Below are positions 24,801-32,000 of a DNA stretch of 32,000 bases, in pieces; positions within the stretch are counted from its first letter, which is position 1, and each line of letters opens with the position of its first letter. The stretch spans positions 1,620,001-1,652,000 of the forward strand of contig NC_004460.2 in the NCBI RefSeq assembly GCF_000039765.1, read 5' to 3'. This DNA comes from Vibrio vulnificus CMCP6 (GTDB lineage: Bacteria; Pseudomonadota; Gammaproteobacteria; Enterobacterales; Vibrionaceae). The position numbers were made by a program, and so were the translations under genes. Under the pieces are notes generated by a model. It was given only the letters and a program-made list of their open reading frames with translations. It was not told the DNA's origin and searched no databases.

Positions 24801-25526
24801 TTCCCATTCTAAAACTTTGTCAATACTCTCCATTAATGCGACGTTGTTCTTCGCGGTAATAAAACTGATCTCTTCTGGTTCTATCCAATCGGGTATTTCA
24901 ACGGCGCCACGTACAACATCATGCTTGTCGAGATATTCGTTAATCGTGACAAATGACGAGATAAACGCATTCGCTTGCCCTTTATTCATGATCGCAACGG
25001 CGTCAGTAAAATTCAGAGCATAATGAATGTTTTTAATGCCTTTGATTCTTAAATATTCGCAGTAAGAAGTGCCCTGAACACACGTCCAATTGAGCGTGCT
25101 AAATGGCCTTGTTTGATAAAAACTTTCTTTGAACCAAATGGAAACACTGCTTTTAAATAGAGGTTTAGAAAAGAGAAAACGGTTCATCCTTTCTGGTGTT
25201 TTTGCAAAACCTACTGTGCCATCAATTGCACCGGTTTCAACGTCATGCAGCAGCTCAACGACGTTTGAATAATGTTTCAGTTGAATATTGATGTTGAGAA
25301 TTTTGGCGATATTTCTTAGGTATTCAACATTGACGCCCCAATAAACGCCCAACGATTCACTATCCAGTGATGGGTTGATCGATTTTGAGGTGATGCCGAT
25401 CACTATTGTTGATGGAGGATTCGTTTCTTGTTCAGAGTTTTCTTCTTGTGGCAGTGCATTACCCGAAAATAACAGTCCGGATAGTAAAATTAGAAATGAA
25501 ACGAATCTAATGTGGGCGTTCAACAT
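21873..25526 (-). CDS. BvgS/EvgS-like hybrid sensor histidine kinase (2x periplasmic binding domains, TM, HisKA, HATPase, REC, HPt)
   Basis: The likely start MLNAHIRFVSFLILLSGLLFSGNA at 25526 has a GAGGAA Shine-Dalgarno. About 460 aa of tandem solute-binding-protein-like sequence are followed by the transmembrane span VIFSAIIISVLLIIIAIIIYFVI. The H-box is FLATMSHELRTPL, and the HATPase motifs are DTGIGM and GGTGLGLAIV. REC is VLVAEDNKINQ..LLLTDFHMPEMDG and HPt is HKVKGACGALG. Confidence 0.9.
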   Translation of the reverse strand: MLNAHIRFVSFLILLSGLLFSGNALPQEENSEQETNPPSTIVIGITSKSINPSLDSESLGVYWGVNVEYLRNIAKILNINIQLKHYSNVVELLHDVETGAIDGTVGFAKTPERMNRFLFSKPLFKSSVSIWFKESFYQTRPFSTLNWTCVQGTSYCEYLRIKGIKNIHYALNFTDAVAIMNKGQANAFISSFVTINEYLDKHDVVRGAVEIPDWIEPEEISFITAKNNVALMESIDKVLEWEVKGKNIRSVASNNLYHLNDRLLSEYRREHHDDSVITFSTSNNAYPFFEISDNGEQRGLLADFLDLIQSRSGLDFEYKSPIFEYNQELATFNANIIPVAYIDRVESPNWLLTKPFMQIKFHKVELASAKAINNRKPISGILLSLQKQGLIHINAWNNENFREYSDIKKLMKDLEDGKIQSAYLSDDVLYSLLSQFNKGQLKIDKSQEKRFSIAFSVSNHDIKLNKLLDSIIDTIDSKEIEKINKSYRDFNLTYGYDSETVIFSAIIISVLLIIIAIIIYFVITNMKLKVSLAEINADNEEKEKQWLTQIIQELNNKVFIHDDKGQLVLSNCSEYLKGHCTNCQIKNAATQISLVGDFEEVQQVLSGKRIKEYSQTVNCDLQIEHIYRERKAIRSLDHRKQFVLTVLQDVTAQKEREAALIAAQHEAQSAVKARERFLATMSHELRTPLAATYGLLDLVATHSTSERDKELVLRAKQSLNHLNLLVDEVLDYSKLEAGELQIHPAKNELLRLLSQTLRGFEAKANSKGLDYTVNIIPFSLRWAMIDDLRFNQIVSNLISNAIKFTEQGDITLTAQVVDERLLLTIKDTGIGMTQEQLANIFKPFVQADDSITRQFGGTGLGLAIVEQLLKQMGGHIALHSALNVGTQVDIELPLTLCEGAYPELNALSYSSQLPTVIQDWCQCWGLVKNDANPSVNKGLSGECNTLSCQPSGCQRNSALECTQYPDALLDCLLKMTSAEQERHIEDIPMDTLAGKVLVAEDNKINQHIVKMQFAELGLTPIVVNNGVEALNYMKQHGDVALLLTDFHMPEMDGYELVRTLRANERFATLPVVGVTAEDSRIANEKSMQSGINEILYKPYDLKQLGALLARYLAKPKARENWLDKFSENDAQEVAKVFIVEMAKDLTQLKQAESGHQMRAAVHKVKGACGALGIQHIVALCEDAESVDMAHKPALVEKVISELDAEINRTIMWMESYA

Positions 25527-25816
25527 CTTATATTCCTCAAATATGGAATATAAGATTAAAATTATGTGAGAATTTGTCAAATTTTGAGATTTTAATAAAT
25601 TCACATAACCTTTTGAATTTTAAAAATAAATTTTGATTGTGTAAGAATGTTCCTACAGAGGAATCGTAATAGGATTACAAATGGAGATAGGTGAGGATTA
25701 TATTAATTTGAATTTTATTTACGTTTAATGAACGTGGGAAAGTCGGCGAAAGAAAATAATGAAAGTAAGTGTGTATGTCAATGTTGTTCAAAATAAACGT
25801 TTGTGAATTTGAAGAA

Positions 25817-25858
25817 TACCAAACGAGTTGAGTAATGGCGTTTCAACGTCGTTTGGTA
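25817..25858 (-). terminator. Possible terminator hairpin after ygiW
   Basis: TACCAAACGA ... TCGTTTGGTA is a 10-bp stem with a long (~22-nt) loop, followed on the minus strand by ATTCTTCAAATT. The geometry is atypical. Confidence 0.3.
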
Positions 25859-25886
25859 CGCAGAGCAACACAGAGGCAGATGTTAT

Positions 25887-26249
25887 TTACAGTTTTTGGA
25901 TAGAGTCCACATCGATTTTTGTCGACACGAGTTCACTGTCTACTTCACCAATAATGAGCACTTTATCTTTTGGAGCGACATTCTGCCCACGCCAATCTTC
26001 GTGATCGATTTCCACCTGAATTTCGCCAGTCGCATCTTTAAATAGGTAGATTTCATTTCCTAGGGATTGAACGATGTTCCCTGTCAGTTCAACGGCCGTA
26101 TCATCGCGTGCGGTCAGTGCATTGGCTACCGTGTTGACGCCGCCCACTTTTGGACCCGTAAAACCACCTTGCTGCTGTTGAGCGTCGAAAGCAGCAAAAG
26201 CGGAGTGAGATGCAAGCAAAACAAATGGCACTAATAGGATTTTTTTCAT
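25887..26249 (-). CDS. ygiW: YgiW/YdeI-family periplasmic OB-fold (BOF) stress protein
   Basis: The likely start MKKILLVPFVLLASHSAFA has a GAGGAAG Shine-Dalgarno. GGFTGP...TV..A....DD..V.L.G.IV...G...Y.F.D.TG.I.VEID...W.G..V...D.V.I.GEVD matches the family pattern as I recall it. Confidence 0.85.
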   Translation of the reverse strand: MKKILLVPFVLLASHSAFAAFDAQQQQGGFTGPKVGGVNTVANALTARDDTAVELTGNIVQSLGNEIYLFKDATGEIQVEIDHEDWRGQNVAPKDKVLIIGEVDSELVSTKIDVDSIQKL

Positions 26250-26545
26250 AATGACTTCCTCTTTTTGATGGTGTTGATTATTCATCATCAAATGTGAAGT
26301 AATCGTGAAGTTTTTTGCGAAGACAAAGAGTTAGATGAATATTGAGTGATGAATTTGGTTATGAAACGAACTGAATTGAATGGTATCAATTTGTTCAATA
26401 ATTGAGAGAGGCTCATTTGGCATGTGAATCTGTTAATGAAGTGTGGATTTAATTTAAAAAACATAAGCTTAAATGATAGGTCAAACCTTGTGAGTTTGTT
26501 TGGCATGCATTAAATTTATAGCAGTAAGCGCAGTGGCATAGGGAA

Positions 26546-29500
26546 ATGACAATGAAACCGGTACTTTATATCGAAATTGATGGCGTAGTTTGGAAAATTA
26601 TGCCGGACGGTCAGTGGGTTGCCGTACAAGCCGATGAGGTGGTTGACCCAACGGTGAAGTACGTTAAAGAAACACCGCTACCCATCAATGATAGTGATGC
26701 CGTTAACATTGACGATCCTATTGACGCAGAGCCAGTATACCAACGCCCTACAACGCCAAACGATGCGCCATCTTCGGATCAGGACCTTTCTTCTGAAAGC
26801 GCGAGCTTATTCGGTTTCATTCGCCCTGAACTGCGTGAGGTGTTGGCTCAATCCGGTTATGACACGCTGCCGACAGATTATGAAAACACGCCTGAGCGTG
26901 AAAGCCCAGACGCGCAATTTTATCTCTTGGATGACGACGCCACGATCACGGTGACGATTGCCGACGGTGGCGATGGTTACGAAAATGCGCAGGAAGTGCC
27001 GAGCATTGCGATTTTCGGTACCACGACAGATGTTGAAGATGGCCGCCTCGTTCAGTTGGTTTTGTCCGATGCTTCCGGTCAACAGCAAGTGTTTAGCGCC
27101 ACGGTTTTTCAAGGTGAGTACCGCGTTGAAGGCATTGATGCCAGTGGGTTTGATGAAGGCACCTTGACTGTCACCGCAACCATTACCGATGAACTCGACA
27201 ACTTTATTCAAGCCTCTGACACCACAATCAAAGATACCTTAGCGGAGATCACCACCGAGTTTGATGGCCGAGGCGACGAGTTCTTTAACCGTTTTGAAAT
27301 CTCTTCCTCGGGGCTGACAGGCACTGTTAGCCATGTTGAAGATGGGCAGCGCATCGATATCGAAGTGATTGATAGCTTGGGCCAAACCTTACGTTTTACC
27401 ACTACGGTCAATGGTGGAACCTGGTCGATCAATGAAGATTTAAGCAGCCTTGCGGAAGGCCCACTGACGATTCATGCTCAAACCATCGACATAGCAGGCA
27501 ATCCTGCCAGTGCAAGCGATACCATCGTCAAAGATACGCAAGCTTCCATTACGGTAAGCATTGACTCTGGCGATGATGAGTTGGTGAGCGATGCTGAGAG
27601 TGGCAACGTTCGTGTCTACGGCGAGGTGGCCAATGTTGAAGATGGACAAGCGATTCGAGTTGTCCTAGTAGACTCGGCAGGCCATGCCCAGTGGTTTATT
27701 ACCTCGGTGTCGGGCAATCAATGGTCGATCGATAATATCGATGTTTCTCAGTTTGCCGATGGTGATTTTCGCGTGTTGGCGGTGACGAAAGATGTTGCGG
27801 GTAACCCCGCTGTTGCGACCGATAGCGCAGGGCTAGATACCACTTTTCCTACCATCGATATTGATACCTTAACTGGTCTGCAGATCATCGATTTTAAATC
27901 CGGTGCAGACACGGCCTTGCAAGGCACCACCACGGGCGCAGAAGCTGGGCAGCCGGTTTTAGTCACCATCACCGATGGGGTGAATACGGTTGAAGCGCTC
28001 ACCCAAGTTGATGCGGCTGGCAATTGGTCGTTCGACAGCATTGATCTTTCGACGTTGGATGCCAATTTGGAATGGCAATTGAACGCAACGGTGACGGATC
28101 TCGCTGGCAACCGCGCAAGCGACGATATGCCTAGTCTGATTGTGCCTGATGTGGTCAGCGTCAATGAAGATATTGCCGTTGTTCTTGGCAGCAGTGACGC
28201 GCTTTCGCCAATCAATATTGATAATGCCGATTTCACTTTCATCGACGAGCAAAGCAGCTTGTCTTCGCTGACCTCACTTGGTCAGTCCATCTCTGTGGTC
28301 ATCTCTGCCGATGGTCTTTCTTTGTCGGCGGTGCGAGCCGATGGTCAAGTGGTGTTGTCGGCCAGCATTCTCAATAATCAAGAAGTCAAAATTCAACTCT
28401 TTTTGCCAGTCGATCACGGTGACTCCCAACGCTTACTGACGGAGCTGATGATTCAAGGTACGCAAACCGACAGTGATGGTACAACCGAAACGGTGGTTGC
28501 GCCGGTGGCGGTGGTGATTGGCGATGCGATCGTTTTTCCTCCACTGGTTGACAGCGCGGCGATCACCGTCACCATCGACGACGGTGGCGATGGCTACGAG
28601 AATGCGCAAGAAGTCCCCGCCGTCGTCATTCATGGCACCACAACCGATGTGGAAAATCTCCGATTAGTAACGATCACTGTGACCGATGTGGATGGCAATA
28701 CGCTGACATTCACCACTCGAGTAGAAAACAACCGTTACCAAATCTCACCAGTTGATTTGACGGGCTTAGCCGAAGGGCCGTTGAGCGTCGAGGCTCATAT
28801 CGACGATGTCTATGGTAAGACCATTCAAGCCACCGATAGCACCATCAAAGATACCTTGGCAGACATCACCGCGGAGTTTGAAGGCAATGGCGATGAGTTT
28901 CTCAATCAGTTTGAAGTGAGCAAAACCGTACTGACAGGCCGAGTCACCGAGGTAGAAGATGGTCAGCGCATTGATATCGAGGTGATCGATGCTCTAGGGA
29001 ACACCTTAACGTTCTCGACGCTTGTGGCGGGCAATACGTGGACAATCGAAGCCGATCTTTCATCGCTGGTGGATGGCGAATTGACGCTCAATACGCAGAC
29101 CATCGATGTTGCCGGTAATGTGACCACCGCAAGTGACACCATTGTTAAAGATACGCAAGCGGCGATTACCATCGCCATCGACAGTGGCGAGGATGAGGCA
29201 CTGAATCCGACCGAACTGAGTGCTGTGACGCTCTCTGGCGTCGTCAGCCATGTTGAAGATGGCCAAGCGGTGCAAGTGGTGGTGACGGATACCTCTGGTG
29301 CGAAGTTAGTGTTCACTACCGTTGTCGTCTCGGGTGCGTGGTCACTCAAAGATCTCGATCTTTCGTCTCTTACGGATGGCGAAATCCGTGCCACCGCCAG
29401 TACCATCGATGTGGCGGGTAACCCTGCCACAGCAGAAGATACAGCGATCGTGGATACCACCGCGCCCACGATCGACATTGATACCTTAACTGGCCTTGAG

Positions 29501-32000
29501 ATTGTTCAATTTAAGCAAGGCACAGAAACTGCACTGCAAGGCAGTACCACTGGGGCAGAACCCGGACAGCCAGTCGTGGTGACCATCAGCGACGGCACTC
29601 AGACCATTTCGGTGACAACAACCGTGGATGCGGCTGGCGTGTGGTCGTTTTCCTCCATCGATGTCAGTGCGCTGGATGCTGCGAAAAGTTGGAGCTTAAC
29701 CGCCACGGTGACCGATGCTGCAGGCAATAGCGCCACCGATGAGACGCCAACGCTGGATATTCCAGACACCGTGGCGTTGTGGGAAGACTTAGCCGTGATT
29801 CTCGACAGCAGCGAGGCGCTGTCGGAGATCAATATTGAAAACGCCCAGTTTACTTTTCACGGCACGCAGTCCGATCTCGCCGCACTGACCTCCCTTGGTC
29901 AATCCGTGTCAGTGGTGATTTCAACCGATGGCCTATCCTTGAGCCTTGTTCGTGGCGATGGGGCAACGGTATTGACCGCTGCAATTGAAACCAATAGCCA
30001 AGTTAAGTTGTCCCTCTTTTTGCCGGTTGATCATGGCGAAGCACAACGCTTGCTGACGCAAATTTTGTTGGAAGGTACCCAAACGGATGCCGACGGCACC
30101 ACGGAAACGGTGATTGCACCGTTGCCGATTGTGATTGAGGACGCGATAGTCTTCCCGCCGTTGGTGGACAGTGCGTCGTTGACGGTCACTATCGACGATG
30201 GCGGCGATGGCTACGAAAATGCTCTCGAAGTACCTGGCACGCGGATTCACGGCAACACGGTGGATGTTCAGGATCTGCGTTTAGTCACCATTACCGTGAC
30301 CGATTCGTTGGGTGCGACACTCACTTTCACCACCCGAGTGGAGAACAACCAATATCAGATTTTCCTTGTCGATTTGAGCTCGCTTGCCGAAGGGCCGCTC
30401 ACGGTCGAGGCAGAAATTCATGACGCCTACGGCAAAGTCATCACCGCCAACGACACCACCATCAAAGACACATTGGCTGAAATTGATGTTGCCTTTGATG
30501 GTCAAGGGGATGCATTTTTAAATCAGTTTGAAGTGGCCACCACCACGCTCAATGGCCACGTGGCCAACGTGGAAGATGGACAAACCATCAACATTGAAAT
30601 CATAGATGGACAAGGCGGACGACTGACGTTTACCACTGTGGTATCGGGCGACCAATGGTCTTTGGATGTTGATTTGAGCACGTTAAGTGATGGTGAACTG
30701 ACGGTACACGCTCAAACCATTGATATCGCGGGCAACCCTACCACCTCACACAACACCATAGTGAAAGATACTCAAGCGTCCATTACGGTTGAGATTGACA
30801 GTGGTGATGACGACTTATTGAATCCAGCAGAGTTGACTTCGGTAAAAGTCAGCGGTTTGGTTAGTCATATCGAAGATGGCCAAAGCGTGAATGTGGTGCT
30901 GTCGGACTCGGCAGGCAACACCATGACAGTGCAAACCACGATTGTGGGTGGGGCATGGGCAATCGATAATCTCGATCTTTCAGGCTTTGTGGATGGCGAG
31001 ATATCTGCCACCGTCTCGACCGTCGATGTGGCAGGCAACCCCGCAACGGCAACGGATAGTGCGACGGTAGATACCACGGCTCCAACCATTGATATTGATA
31101 CGTTCGATGGTCTCAACATTCTGCAGTTTAAATTAGGGACCAATACCGCGTTGCAAGGCACCACAACGGGAGCAGAAGCTGGCCAACCAGTGGTGGTCAC
31201 CATCAGCGATGGCACTCAAAGTATTCGTGTTACCACGAGCGTGGACGCCGCGGGGAGCTGGCAATTTGCAACCATTGATGTAAGCGCCTTGAACAACCGC
31301 GCGACATGGACACTCACCGCCACGGTGACCGATGCCGCAGGAAACAGTGCGGTGGATGACATGCCCACGCTCACTTTCCCTGATGTGGTGACCGTGTATG
31401 AAGATTTGACGGTGGCGATTGGCAGCAGCGGCGCAACATCCGATATCAATGTGGAACAAGCGCAATTCCGATTCCATGAGGTTCAAACGGATCTAGAAAG
31501 TCTGACTTCGTTTGGTCAAAGCATTACGAGCACGCTTTCAGCCGATGGGCTGACCTTAACCGCCACCCGTGCCGATGGTGAAATTTTACTGACGGCGCAT
31601 ATTGCCTCCAATGCGCAAGTTCAGTTGCAACTCTTCCTGCCGGTGGACCACGGCGATGCACAGCGCCTACTCACGGACCTGATGATTGCGGGAACGCAAA
31701 CCGATGCCGATGGCACCACTGAAACGGTGCTAACGCCACTGCCCATCGTGATTGAAGACGCGATTGTCTTTCCTCCGTTGGTTGATAGCGCAGAGATCAC
31801 CGTGGTGATTGACGATGGTGGCGATGGCTACGAAAACCAGTTTGAAGTCCCCGCAGTGCGTATTCACGGTAACACAGTGGATGTTGAGGATTTACGCCTC
31901 GTTACCATTACCGTCACGGATGTGGATGGAAAGGTGCTGACCTTTACCACCCGCGTTTCCGATAACGCCTATCAAGTGAGTCCGGTTGATCTCAGCTCAT
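26546..32000 (+). CDS. Giant repetitive adhesin (Bap/LapA/RTX-adhesin-like, Ig-like domain arrays), 5' part; the ORF runs off the window end
   Basis: The frame containing ATG 26546 (MTMKPVLYIEIDGVVWKIMPDGQ..) has no stop through 32000 (more than 1818 codons). It is absent from the track only because it is not closed. It contains repeated ~100-aa beta-rich modules ending in D(I/V)AGN..T..DT.(V/I)(K/V)DT, which is typical of bacterial Ig-like adhesin domains. Confidence 0.9.
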   Translation, partial: MTMKPVLYIEIDGVVWKIMPDGQWVAVQADEVVDPTVKYVKETPLPINDSDAVNIDDPIDAEPVYQRPTTPNDAPSSDQDLSSESASLFGFIRPELREVLAQSGYDTLPTDYENTPERESPDAQFYLLDDDATITVTIADGGDGYENAQEVPSIAIFGTTTDVEDGRLVQLVLSDASGQQQVFSATVFQGEYRVEGIDASGFDEGTLTVTATITDELDNFIQASDTTIKDTLAEITTEFDGRGDEFFNRFEISSSGLTGTVSHVEDGQRIDIEVIDSLGQTLRFTTTVNGGTWSINEDLSSLAEGPLTIHAQTIDIAGNPASASDTIVKDTQASITVSIDSGDDELVSDAESGNVRVYGEVANVEDGQAIRVVLVDSAGHAQWFITSVSGNQWSIDNIDVSQFADGDFRVLAVTKDVAGNPAVATDSAGLDTTFPTIDIDTLTGLQIIDFKSGADTALQGTTTGAEAGQPVLVTITDGVNTVEALTQVDAAGNWSFDSIDLSTLDANLEWQLNATVTDLAGNRASDDMPSLIVPDVVSVNEDIAVVLGSSDALSPINIDNADFTFIDEQSSLSSLTSLGQSISVVISADGLSLSAVRADGQVVLSASILNNQEVKIQLFLPVDHGDSQRLLTELMIQGTQTDSDGTTETVVAPVAVVIGDAIVFPPLVDSAAITVTIDDGGDGYENAQEVPAVVIHGTTTDVENLRLVTITVTDVDGNTLTFTTRVENNRYQISPVDLTGLAEGPLSVEAHIDDVYGKTIQATDSTIKDTLADITAEFEGNGDEFLNQFEVSKTVLTGRVTEVEDGQRIDIEVIDALGNTLTFSTLVAGNTWTIEADLSSLVDGELTLNTQTIDVAGNVTTASDTIVKDTQAAITIAIDSGEDEALNPTELSAVTLSGVVSHVEDGQAVQVVVTDTSGAKLVFTTVVVSGAWSLKDLDLSSLTDGEIRATASTIDVAGNPATAEDTAIVDTTAPTIDIDTLTGLEIVQFKQGTETALQGSTTGAEPGQPVVVTISDGTQTISVTTTVDAAGVWSFSSIDVSALDAAKSWSLTATVTDAAGNSATDETPTLDIPDTVALWEDLAVILDSSEALSEINIENAQFTFHGTQSDLAALTSLGQSVSVVISTDGLSLSLVRGDGATVLTAAIETNSQVKLSLFLPVDHGEAQRLLTQILLEGTQTDADGTTETVIAPLPIVIEDAIVFPPLVDSASLTVTIDDGGDGYENALEVPGTRIHGNTVDVQDLRLVTITVTDSLGATLTFTTRVENNQYQIFLVDLSSLAEGPLTVEAEIHDAYGKVITANDTTIKDTLAEIDVAFDGQGDAFLNQFEVATTTLNGHVANVEDGQTINIEIIDGQGGRLTFTTVVSGDQWSLDVDLSTLSDGELTVHAQTIDIAGNPTTSHNTIVKDTQASITVEIDSGDDDLLNPAELTSVKVSGLVSHIEDGQSVNVVLSDSAGNTMTVQTTIVGGAWAIDNLDLSGFVDGEISATVSTVDVAGNPATATDSATVDTTAPTIDIDTFDGLNILQFKLGTNTALQGTTTGAEAGQPVVVTISDGTQSIRVTTSVDAAGSWQFATIDVSALNNRATWTLTATVTDAAGNSAVDDMPTLTFPDVVTVYEDLTVAIGSSGATSDINVEQAQFRFHEVQTDLESLTSFGQSITSTLSADGLTLTATRADGEILLTAHIASNAQVQLQLFLPVDHGDAQRLLTDLMIAGTQTDADGTTETVLTPLPIVIEDAIVFPPLVDSAEITVVIDDGGDGYENQFEVPAVRIHGNTVDVEDLRLVTITVTDVDGKVLTFTTRVSDNAYQVSPVDLSS
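26945..32000 (+). repeat. In-frame tandem super-repeat of exactly 1617 bp (539 codons): 3 full units plus the start of a 4th
   Basis: The landmark codons D-G-G-D-G-Y-E-N have their first Gly codon at 26966, 28583, 30200 and 31817, giving spacing of 1617, 1617 and 1617. Units 2 and 3 align by eye without any indel despite many substitutions. Confidence 0.95.

Noticed and set aside
26292-26545. A possible c-di-GMP riboswitch (GEMM) in the adhesin leader, based on GGTCAAACC resembling the GGCAAACC motif.
   Set aside because: The second conserved half (ACGCAAAGC-type) and the paired P1/P2 architecture are not evident. It is a single short motif match only.
27208-31486. Many 60-170-aa minus-strand ORFs (for example 27748-28242, 28963-29478 and 30865-31215), plus two short plus-strand ORFs at 26688-27167.
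   Set aside because: All lie inside the long uninterrupted adhesin reading frame. They recur with the 1617-bp repeat period and have low-complexity Ser/Thr/Ala/Val-rich translations typical of antisense shadows of a repetitive gene. None has a Shine-Dalgarno or an independent signal.

Overview
This looks like a Vibrio-type chromosomal segment: kbl-tdh, blc, mipA/ompV, a TLH/PlpA-like lipase tail and VCR-like repeats. All family assignments come from reading motifs by eye; no database search was run.

**Four blocks**
1. 1-2730: core metabolism. It holds a partial SGNH phospholipase, then kbl-tdh with a perfect CRP-type palindrome upstream and a (CTAGTAC)4 heptamer between the two genes.
2. About 2750-10120: an AT-rich array of integron gene cassettes read on the minus strand.
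   - Three ~125-bp attC repeats are clearly homologous and resemble V. cholerae VCRs when reverse-complemented. Several more are divergent or decayed.
   - No integrase and no attI appear in the window, so the array is CALIN-like.
   - Cargo: a 548-aa P-loop NTPase, a lipoprotein plus a frameshifted permuted-papain (YiiX/C92-like) hydrolase, an inverted RelB/DinJ-ParE/RelE toxin-antitoxin pair, a secreted FGE/SUMF1-family protein, an OGFr-like protein, a small membrane protein and two small secreted proteins.
   - The array is followed by a ~220-bp noncoding tandem repeat (~2.5 copies).
3. 10790-17730: blc, mipA/ompV, a secreted MBL-fold hydrolase divergent from a LysR regulator, a translationally coupled FAD-oxidoreductase/polytopic membrane protein pair, and a small secreted protein.
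4. 18160-32000: a c-di-GMP signalling island next to ygiW and a giant adhesin.
   - The island holds a NarL/LuxR-type response regulator, a membrane GGDEF cyclase, a response-regulator pseudogene with an internal deletion, a REC-EAL phosphodiesterase and a BvgS/EvgS-like hybrid kinase with two periplasmic binding domains.
   - The adhesin ORF is open to the window end and is missing from the ORF track. It is built from exact 1617-bp (539-codon) super-repeats.

**Best candidate for an undescribed system:** the cassette-borne P-loop NTPase at 8255-9901, a possible single-gene phage-defence module. The cassette array as a whole is the next most interesting feature.
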